Shown here one piece after another: positions 54,421 through 64,000 of a stretch of DNA of 64,000 bases; position 1 is the first letter of the stretch; every line of letters starts with the position of its first letter. The translations under genes were made by a program, and so were the position numbers. The DNA is from Pseudoxanthomonas sp. (lineage in GTDB: Bacteria; Pseudomonadota; Gammaproteobacteria; Xanthomonadales; Xanthomonadaceae): assembly GCA_047601245.1 (NCBI GenBank), contig JASGJU010000002.1:334957-398956 (forward strand). Reading direction: 5' to 3'. The notes below the pieces were generated by a model. That model saw only the letters and a program-made list of their open reading frames with translations. It did no database searches and had not been told where the DNA came from.

Positions 54421-56427
54421 ATGCGCCTCCCCGTATTCCTGTCCGCGATCGCGGGAACTCTGCTGGCCCTGCCGCTGCTGGCGGCGCCGCAGGAAACCGC
54501 GGCCCCCGAGGCGCCGGCCAACGCTCCGTCCGAAACCGCCCCCGCCGAGCCGGCTCCGTCCGCGGCCGCCAATGGCGGCCACGAGCTGACCCGCGCCGAC
54601 CTCGAAGCCTGGCTGGACGGCTACATGCCGTATGCGTTGCAGTCCGGCGACATCGCCGGCGCCGTGGTCGTGGTGGTGAAGGACGGCCAGGTGCTGCTGC
54701 AGAAGGGCTATGGATATTCCGACCTGGCGACGCGCGCGCCGGTCGATCCGGAGAACACCCTGTTCCGCCCCGGCTCGGTGTCCAAGCTGTTCACCTGGAC
54801 GGCGGTGATGCAGCAGGTGGAGGCCGGCAGGATCGACCTCGACGCCGACGTCAACCAGTACCTGGATTTCAAGATCCCCGCGCGCGACGGCAAGCCGCTG
54901 ACGATGCGCCAGATCATGACCCACACCGGCGGTTTCGAAGAGGCATTGCGCGGCCTGATCTTCTCCGACACCGGCGCGCTGCTGCCGCTGGGCGAGACCC
55001 TCAAGCACTGGATCCCGGACCGCATCCACGCGCCGGGCACGACGCCGGCGTATTCGAACTACGCCACCGCGCTGGCCGGCTACATCGTCGAGCGCGTGTC
55101 CGGCGAACCGTTCAACGACTACATCGACAACCACATCTTCAAGCCGCTGGGCATGCGCCATTCGAGCTTCCGCCAGCCCTTGCCGGAGGATCTCGCCAAG
55201 CTGGTGTCGAAAGGCTACGAGCGCCGCTCCGACGGCAAGCCGAAGCCCTACGAGCTGATCAACCTGGCGCCGGCCGGTTCGCTCGCCGCCAGCGGCGCGG
55301 ACATGGCCAAGTTCATGCTCGCGCACCTGAACGACGGCGAATACGCCGGCGCGCGCATCCTCTCCGCCGAAACCGCCGAGAAGATGCACCGCACCGGGCA
55401 GGCCACGGTCGGCCCGCTCAACAAGATGATGCTGGGCTTCTACGAAACCAGCCTCAACGGCCACTTCGCCATCGCCCACGGCGGCGACACGCAGTGGTTC
55501 CACAGCGACCTGCAACTGTTCCCCGACGACGGCATCGGCATCTTCGTGTCGATGAACAGCGCCGGCCGCCAGGGGGCGACCCTGCAGGTCCGCGGCCGCC
55601 TGGCCGGCGAATTCGTCGACCGCTACCTGCCCGGTCCGATTCCGCAGCGCCCCGGCATCGGCGCGGAAGCGGCCAAGGCGCAGAACGCCGCGATCGCCGG
55701 CGCCTACGAGAGCAGCCGCCGCCCGCAGAACAACGTGATGGGGATCCTGGGCCTGCTGAGCCAGACCAAGGTGTTCCCGAACGAGGACGGCAGCATCAGC
55801 GTCTCGATCTGGACCGACCCGTCCGGCACGCCGAGGAAGTGGAAGCCCGTCGGCGAATGGCTGTGGCAGGACCCCGACACCGGCGAGCGGCTCGCGGCCG
55901 TGGTCGAGAACGGCAAGGTGAAGCGCTTCAGCATGGAATACGTCGCCTCGATCATGGTGTTCGACCGGCTCTCCGGCTGGCGCGCGAGCGCGCCGCTGCT
56001 GCTGGCCGTCAGTTTCGCCGCGGTGCTGCTGACCACGCTGGCCTGGCCGATCTCGGCGCTGGTGCGGCGCCATTACAAGTTGTCTTATCCGTTCGCCGGC
56101 GCGGATGCGAAGGCGCATCGTGCGTCGCGCTGGAGCAGCCTGCTGGCGACGCTGGGCATCGGCGGCGGCATCGGCATGGTGCTGTGGATGATGAGCAACC
56201 TGGAGAATCTCAGCGGCATGGACGGCCTTGTCGTCGTCGTGCGCCTGCTGGCCGGGGCGGCGCTGATCGTGGCCGCGCTGCTGTCCCTGTACAACGCCTG
56301 GCGCGTGCTGCGCGGCGGACGGCGCTGGTACGCCAAGCTCTGGAGTGTGGTGCTGGCGCTGGCCTGCCTGTACCTGCTCTGGGTCGGATTGGCCTACCAC
56401 CTGATCGGCTTCGGCGCGAACTTCTGA
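54421..56427 (+). CDS. Serine hydrolase (beta-lactamase/D-peptidase family) with C-terminal membrane anchor
   Basis: Signal peptide, PGSVSK (SxxK), YSNY, HGGD, three C-terminal hydrophobic helices. Confidence 0.9.
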   Translation: MRLPVFLSAIAGTLLALPLLAAPQETAAPEAPANAPSETAPAEPAPSAAANGGHELTRADLEAWLDGYMPYALQSGDIAGAVVVVVKDGQVLLQKGYGYSDLATRAPVDPENTLFRPGSVSKLFTWTAVMQQVEAGRIDLDADVNQYLDFKIPARDGKPLTMRQIMTHTGGFEEALRGLIFSDTGALLPLGETLKHWIPDRIHAPGTTPAYSNYATALAGYIVERVSGEPFNDYIDNHIFKPLGMRHSSFRQPLPEDLAKLVSKGYERRSDGKPKPYELINLAPAGSLAASGADMAKFMLAHLNDGEYAGARILSAETAEKMHRTGQATVGPLNKMMLGFYETSLNGHFAIAHGGDTQWFHSDLQLFPDDGIGIFVSMNSAGRQGATLQVRGRLAGEFVDRYLPGPIPQRPGIGAEAAKAQNAAIAGAYESSRRPQNNVMGILGLLSQTKVFPNEDGSISVSIWTDPSGTPRKWKPVGEWLWQDPDTGERLAAVVENGKVKRFSMEYVASIMVFDRLSGWRASAPLLLAVSFAAVLLTTLAWPISALVRRHYKLSYPFAGADAKAHRASRWSSLLATLGIGGGIGMVLWMMSNLENLSGMDGLVVVVRLLAGAALIVAALLSLYNAWRVLRGGRRWYAKLWSVVLALACLYLLWVGLAYHLIGFGANF

Positions 56428-56443
56428 GCGGGCCGCGCCGTCG

Positions 56444-57445
56444 ATGAAAACCGAATTCGAGCTGGGCATCGAACCGCTGCGCCTGTCCGCCCCGTTCCGC
56501 ATCTCCGGCTACGTCTTCGAAGCGATGCCGGCGGTCGTGGCGACGCTGCGCCGGGACGGACATGTCGGCCGGGGCGAAGCGGCCGGCGTCTATTACAACG
56601 ACGATCGACCCGAAGGGATGGTCGCCACGCTGGAAGCGCTGCGCCCGCGCATCGAGGCCGGGCTGACGCGCGCGGAGGCGAACGCCTTGCTTCCGCCCGG
56701 CGGCGCGCGCAACGCGCTGGACTGCGCACTGTGGGAACTGGAGGCGCAGCAGCAGGGCGTGCCGGTATGGAAGCTGGCGGGGCTGGCGTCGGTGCGGCCG
56801 TTGCTGACCACCTTCACCGTCGGCGCGGACGCGCCGGAGACCATGGCCGGGAACGCCGCCGCCTACGTCGGCGCGCGCGCATTGAAGCTGAAGCTCACCG
56901 GCGAGCCGGAACTCGATGCCGAACGCGTGCGCGCGGTGCGCGATCGCTGTCCGGACGCATGGATCGGCGTCGACGCGAACCAGGGCTACGACGCCGGGAC
57001 GCTGCCCAAGCTGCTGCCGGCGCTGGTCGAGGCGAACGTCTCCCTGCTCGAACAACCGTGCAGGCGCGGCCGCGAGTCCGACCTCGACGGCATCGAACGC
57101 GCGGTGCCGTTCGCCGCCGACGAAAGCATCCTCGACCTGCGCGAACTCGAGGCGCTGCACCATCGCTTCGACGTCATCAACATCAAGCTCGACAAGTGCG
57201 GTGGCCTGACCGAGGGCCTGCTGATGGCCAGGCGCGCGCGCGAACTCGGCAAGCGGGTGATGGTCGGCAACATGTGCGGCACCAGCCTCGCCGCGGCGCC
57301 GGGGTTCGTGCTGGGCCAGTTCTGCGACGTGGTCGATCTCGACGGCCCGGTCTTCCTGGCCCAGGACCGCACGCCCTCGGTGCGCTACGAGGACGGCCAT
57401 ATCTGGTGCGGCGAGGAAGTCTGGGGGCCGAAGGCGCTCGCGTGA
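56444..57445 (+). CDS. Enolase-superfamily dipeptide epimerase / N-acyl-amino-acid racemase (L-Ala-D/L-Glu epimerase or DgcA-like)
   Basis: KLKL, VDANQG, EQP, ADES, NIKLDKCGG, DLDG motifs. Confidence 0.88.
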   Translation: MKTEFELGIEPLRLSAPFRISGYVFEAMPAVVATLRRDGHVGRGEAAGVYYNDDRPEGMVATLEALRPRIEAGLTRAEANALLPPGGARNALDCALWELEAQQQGVPVWKLAGLASVRPLLTTFTVGADAPETMAGNAAAYVGARALKLKLTGEPELDAERVRAVRDRCPDAWIGVDANQGYDAGTLPKLLPALVEANVSLLEQPCRRGRESDLDGIERAVPFAADESILDLRELEALHHRFDVINIKLDKCGGLTEGLLMARRARELGKRVMVGNMCGTSLAAAPGFVLGQFCDVVDLDGPVFLAQDRTPSVRYEDGHIWCGEEVWGPKALA

Positions 57446-58704
57446 GCACGGCGGCCGACAAGACCTGGTTCGGCCAGCCGCGCGGGCTGACCATCCTGTT
57501 CCTCACCAACATGTGGGAGCTGTTCTCCTACTACGGCATGCGTGCGCTGCTGGTCTACTACATGACCAAGCAGCTGCTGTTCGCGCAGGAGAAGGCCTCC
57601 TTCATCTACGGCGGCTACACCGCGATGGCGTACTTCACGCCGATCCTCGGCGGCGTGATCGCCGACCGCTGGCTGGGCAAGCGCAACGCGGTGATCCTGG
57701 GCGGCGGCATCATGGCGCTGGGCCATTTCGCGATGGCGTTCGAGCCGCTGTTCTACCTCGCGCTGGCGACCATCGCGCTGGGCAACGGCCTGTTCCTGCC
57801 CAGCCTGCCCAGCCAGATCAACGACCTGTACGCGGCCGACGATCCGCGCCGCGGCCGCGCCTACAACGTCTACTACGTCGGCCTGAACATCGGCGGCTTC
57901 CTCGCGCCGCTGGTCTGCGGCACGCTCGGCGAGGTCTACGGCTGGCATTACGGCTTCGGTGCGGCCGGCATCGGCATGTTCGCCGGCCTGCTCATCTACG
58001 TGTCCGGCCGCCGCTACCTGCCGCCGGAGCCGTCGCGCCGCGCGCCGGCCGAAGCGACGTCGCGCGACGCGCACGCGAACCCTCGCCGGGTCTGGTGGCT
58101 GCTGCTCGGCGTCGGCGTCGCGGCAACGATCTTCCGCGGCGCCTACGAACAGATCGGCAACACGCTGCCGCTGTGGGTGGACGGCGCGGTCGACCGCGGC
58201 TGGGGCGCGTTGCAGATCCCGATGACCTGGTTCCTGTCGCTGAACCCGCTGTTCGTGATCGCGATGACGCCGCCGTTGCTGGCGTACTGGCGACGCCGTG
58301 CCGACGCCGGCCATGACGCCTCGCCGGCGCGGCGGATGGCGACCGGCGCGCTGATCGTCGCCGGCGCCTGGGTATTGCTGGCGGCGATCGATGCGATGTC
58401 CGCCGGAGCGCGGGTCGGTTGGCCGTGGCTGGCGCTGTTCTTCCTGGTGCTGACCTTCGGGGAGCTGTACATCCTGCCGACCGGGCTGGGCCTGTTCGCG
58501 AAGCTCGCGCCGCCCAGGCTCGGCGCGACCACGGTCGCGTCGTGGTTCCTGGCGATCTTCAGCGGCAGCCTGCTGGCGGGTTTCGTCGGCACGCTGTGGA
58601 CGCATGTCGGCCATGCCGCGTTCTTCCTGCTGCTGGCCGCCCTGGCGACGACCGCCGCCGCATTGCTGTGGCGGCTGGATCGCCCGATCCGGGAATTGCC
58701 ATGA
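57442..58704 (+). CDS. POT/PTR2-family peptide:H+ symporter
   Basis: WELFSYYGMR (ExxERFxYYG-like), GGVIADRWLG, YYVGLNIGG. Confidence 0.92.
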   Translation: MSTAADKTWFGQPRGLTILFLTNMWELFSYYGMRALLVYYMTKQLLFAQEKASFIYGGYTAMAYFTPILGGVIADRWLGKRNAVILGGGIMALGHFAMAFEPLFYLALATIALGNGLFLPSLPSQINDLYAADDPRRGRAYNVYYVGLNIGGFLAPLVCGTLGEVYGWHYGFGAAGIGMFAGLLIYVSGRRYLPPEPSRRAPAEATSRDAHANPRRVWWLLLGVGVAATIFRGAYEQIGNTLPLWVDGAVDRGWGALQIPMTWFLSLNPLFVIAMTPPLLAYWRRRADAGHDASPARRMATGALIVAGAWVLLAAIDAMSAGARVGWPWLALFFLVLTFGELYILPTGLGLFAKLAPPRLGATTVASWFLAIFSGSLLAGFVGTLWTHVGHAAFFLLLAALATTAAALLWRLDRPIRELP

Positions 58705-58731
58705 ACCGATTCGCCTGACGGAGCATTGACC

Positions 58732-60459
58732 ATGTCGCGACCGATCCCGATCCCGTTCCTTCTCCTGCTGGCGTCCGCGCTGGCCGCCTGCGGCAAGTCG
58801 CCGCCGGCCGCGGAGGCGACCGCGCAGGCCTACGACCTGCTGATCCGCAACGGCGCGGTCTACGACGGCAGCGGCGCGCCGCCGCAGCGCGTGGACGTGG
58901 CCGTGCGCGGCGACCGCATCGCGGCCCTGCTTCCCGCCGGCAGCGGCGCGTCCGCCGCGCAGGTGCTCGATGCGCACGGGCGCGCGGTGTCGCCGGGCTT
59001 CATCAACATGCTCAGTTGGGCGAACGAATCGCTGATCGCCGACGGCCGCGGCATGAGCGACACCAAGCAGGGCGTGACCCTGGAGGTGTTCGGCGAGGGC
59101 TGGTCGATGGGACCGCTCAACGAGCGGATGAAGGCAGACGCGCTGCGGCAGCAGGGCGACATCCGTTATCCGGTCGAATGGAGCGAACTCGGCGAATACC
59201 TCGAATTCCTCGAAAACAAGGGCGTCACCCCGAACGTGGCCTCGTTCGTCGGCGCGACCACGGTGCGCATCCACGAACTGGGCGAGGACGACGTCAAGCC
59301 GACCCCGGAGCAACTGGCGCGGATGCAGGACCTGGTGCGCCAGGCGATGCGCGAGGGCGCGCTGGGCGTCGGCGCTTCGCTGATCTACCCGCCGGCCTCG
59401 TTCGCCGACAGCGCCGAACTGACCGCGCTGGCGCGGGCCGCGGCCGAGTCCGGCGGCGGCTACATCGCGCACATGCGCAGCGAGGCGGACCGCTTCCTCG
59501 AGGCGCTGGACGAGACCATCGCCACCGCCCGCGCCACCGGCCAGCGCGCCGAGGTCTACCACCTCAAGGCGGCGGGCGAGCGCAACTGGCCGAAGATGGC
59601 GCCGGCCATCGCCCGGATCGAAGCCGCGCGCGCGGAAGGCCTGCCGATCAGCGCCGACATGTACGCCTACACCGCCGGCGGCACCATGCTGACCGCGGGG
59701 CTGCCGCCGTGGGTCCAGGCCGGCGGGCACGAAGCGATGGTTTCGCGGCTGCGGGACCCGGCGGTGCGCAAGCGCGTGCTCGCGGAGATGCAGGACCCCG
59801 ACGCGGACTGGGAGAACATCCGCCTGCTGTGCGGCTCCGACGAGCGCGTGCTGCTGATCGACTTCAAGAACCCCGCGCTCAAGCCGCTGCTGGGCAAGAC
59901 CCTGGCCGAGGTCGCGCATGAGCGCGGCCGTTCGCCGGAGGAAACCCTGATCGACCTGGTGATCGAGGACCAGGGGCAGGGCGGCGCGGCGTTCTTCCTG
60001 ATGAGCGAGGACAACGTCGAGTTGGGCCTGAAGCAACCGTGGGTCAGCCTGGGCTCGGACGCGGAATCGTCGGCGCCGGAGGGCGTGTTCCTGAAGTCGA
60101 GCGCGCATCCGCGCGCCTACGGCAACGTCGCCCGCTTCCTCGGCCACTACGTGCGCGACCGCAAGCTGATGCCGCTGGAGGAGGGCATCCACCGCCTGAC
60201 CGGGTTGCCGGCGACGAACTGGAAACTCGAAGGCCGCGGCTGCCTGCGCCCCGGCTGCCATGCCGACATCGTGGTGTTCGACCCGGCGACGATCGCGGAC
60301 CGTTCCACCTACGACAAGCCGCAGCAGTACGCCGTGGGCGTGTCCGACGTGTTCGTCAACGGCGTGCAGGTGCTGCGCGACGGCGAGCACACCGGCGCCA
60401 CCCCGGGACGGGTGGTGCGCGGACCGGGTTGGGACGGCCGGACCGAGACCGCGAAATGA
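58732..60459 (+). CDS. N-acyl-D-amino-acid deacylase (D-aminoacylase), predicted lipoprotein
   Basis: Lipobox LAAC, SPGFINML, AHMRSE, EVYHLK, LGSDA, HPRAYG, ADIVVFDP. Confidence 0.9.
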   Translation: MSRPIPIPFLLLLASALAACGKSPPAAEATAQAYDLLIRNGAVYDGSGAPPQRVDVAVRGDRIAALLPAGSGASAAQVLDAHGRAVSPGFINMLSWANESLIADGRGMSDTKQGVTLEVFGEGWSMGPLNERMKADALRQQGDIRYPVEWSELGEYLEFLENKGVTPNVASFVGATTVRIHELGEDDVKPTPEQLARMQDLVRQAMREGALGVGASLIYPPASFADSAELTALARAAAESGGGYIAHMRSEADRFLEALDETIATARATGQRAEVYHLKAAGERNWPKMAPAIARIEAARAEGLPISADMYAYTAGGTMLTAGLPPWVQAGGHEAMVSRLRDPAVRKRVLAEMQDPDADWENIRLLCGSDERVLLIDFKNPALKPLLGKTLAEVAHERGRSPEETLIDLVIEDQGQGGAAFFLMSEDNVELGLKQPWVSLGSDAESSAPEGVFLKSSAHPRAYGNVARFLGHYVRDRKLMPLEEGIHRLTGLPATNWKLEGRGCLRPGCHADIVVFDPATIADRSTYDKPQQYAVGVSDVFVNGVQVLRDGEHTGATPGRVVRGPGWDGRTETAK

Positions 60460-60503
60460 ACCTGCGGCCGGCGGGTTCGCCCTGCGGCGTGAGGTTTTCT
60501 GGA

Positions 60504-60556
60504 TTTTCCGAATGAGTTGACATTTTTCTGATTGGGATTGATATTCCCGATCAGGA
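60504..60556 (+). promoter_or_regulatory. Promoter with three candidate operator copies upstream of the TonB-dependent receptor
   Basis: TTCCGAATGAGT (60506), TTCTGATTGGGA (60526) and TCCCGATCAGGA (60545) at 19-20 bp spacing around TTGACA 60517-60522. Confidence 0.65.
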
Positions 60557-60647
60557 TCAAAAGCGGATCGCCAGCCAGCCACCGCGTCATGAAGCCGTGT
60601 CGGGTGGGGCGCATCCAACTTCTCCACGCATGTCCGGGAGTACCGCC

Positions 60648-63013
<2,366 letters not shown>

Positions 63014-63075
63014 CCTCTTCGCGCGCCATCCGCCCCATGGAAGGCGCGCGCTCCGAATGGACCCGAGCGCCCCGC

Positions 63076-64000
63076 ATGTCGAACGCCGCCCCCGTGTTGT
63101 GCGAGGCCGAAACGCTGCCGCAGCCCTACCTGCTGTTCCTCGGCGACACCGTCGAACCGGGCTACGCGAAGACCGCGTTCGGCCTGCGCGACTGGGCGCG
63201 CGAACGCTGCGTCGGCGAGTTCGCCTGCGCCGGCGCGGGCGTCAGCACCGGCCTGCCGGCGATGACGCCGGCCGAGGCGCGGGCCGCCGGCGCGCACGCA
63301 CTGGTGATCGGCGTGGCCAATGCCGGCGGCTTCATCCCGACATCGTGGCAGGCGGCGCTGGTGCAGGCGATGGAAGCCGGATTGGATATCGTCAGCGGCA
63401 TGCACGTGCGCCTGCACGAGATCGACGCGTTGCGCGAGGCCGCCGGGCGCCTGGGCCGGCGGCTGATCGACGTGCGCCGTCCGCCGTCGGGCATTCCGGT
63501 CGGCTCCGGGCGCAAGCGCAGCGGCCTGCGGCTGCTGACGGTCGGCACCGATTGCGCGCTGGGCAAGAAATACACCGCGCTGGCGCTGGCGCGCGCGTTC
63601 CGCGGCCGCGGCCGCGACGTCGATTTCCGCGCCACCGGCCAGACCGGGATCCTGATCGCCGGCGGCGGCATGCCGATGGACGCGGTGGTCGCCGATTTCG
63701 CCGCCGGCGCGGCGGAGATGCTGTCGCCCGACGCCGACCCGGCGCACTGGGACGTGATCGAAGGGCAGGGCTCGCTGTTCCATCCGGCCTACGCCGCGGT
63801 GTCGCTGGCGCTGCTGCACGGCAGCCAGCCGGACGTGGTCGTGGTCTGCCACCAGCCGGGCCGTGCGCAGATGCTGGGGCACCCGGGTTATGCGCCGCCG
63901 GACCTCGAGGAAACCATCGAACTGAACCTGCGCCTGGGCCGCCGCACCAATCCGGCGATCCGCTGCGGCGGCGTCAGCCTCAACACCGCGCACCTGCCGC
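63076..64000 (+). CDS. DUF1611 family protein (DgcN-like N-acetyltransferase), truncated by the window edge
   Basis: Manual translation: PYLLFLGD..AKTAFGLRDW, RLLTVGTDCALGKKYT, ATGQTG, EGQGSLFHP, LLHGSQPD. Open to the end of the window. Confidence 0.88.
   Translation, partial: MSNAAPVLCEAETLPQPYLLFLGDTVEPGYAKTAFGLRDWARERCVGEFACAGAGVSTGLPAMTPAEARAAGAHALVIGVANAGGFIPTSWQAALVQAMEAGLDIVSGMHVRLHEIDALREAAGRLGRRLIDVRRPPSGIPVGSGRKRSGLRLLTVGTDCALGKKYTALALARAFRGRGRDVDFRATGQTGILIAGGGMPMDAVVADFAAGAAEMLSPDADPAHWDVIEGQGSLFHPAYAAVSLALLHGSQPDVVVVCHQPGRAQMLGHPGYAPPDLEETIELNLRLGRRTNPAIRCGGVSLNTAHLP

Noticed and set aside
58701-58718. Five-codon ORF (MNRFA) overlapping the POT transporter stop
   Set aside because: Too short to support. 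The downstream gene has its own GGAG RBS, so this is likely chance or a remnant.

Overview
High-GC chromosomal window from a Xanthomonadaceae-type gammaproteobacterium (Lysobacter/Luteimonas/Thermomonas-like; inferred from gene order and protein style, no database search was run). Most of it is core genome: rimO, greB, psd, prmB, aroC, asd, fimV, truA, trpF-trpB-trpA, accD, glmM, tpiA, secG, tRNA-Leu, nuoA-N, initiator tRNA-Met, comEC, exbB/exbD, msbA, lpxK, kdsB, tRNA-Cys, tRNA-Gly, pgsA and uvrC. Five accessory signals stand out. (1) A 381-bp unit between prmB and aroC: a GIY-YIG nuclease gene flanked by 39-bp inverted repeats built on CGTC-type REP hairpins, with solo copies of the same REP elsewhere in the window. 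(2) An eroded, integrase-less integron-like array of two cassettes next to tRNA-fMet. (3) Two 160-180 bp long-hairpin MITE-like elements, one replacing the 3' end of a phosphatase gene. (4) A putative D-amino-acid/D-peptide uptake and catabolism cluster at the right end (XRE-cupin regulator, membrane-anchored serine hydrolase, enolase-family epimerase, POT transporter, lipoprotein D-aminoacylase, TonB-dependent receptor, DUF1611/DgcN-like protein) with a shared candidate operator. (5) A candidate Trp leader peptide before trpB. Three single-base frameshifts (greB, kdsB, TonB receptor) look like homopolymer assembly errors. No CRISPR array, rRNA or complete transposase/integrase was seen.
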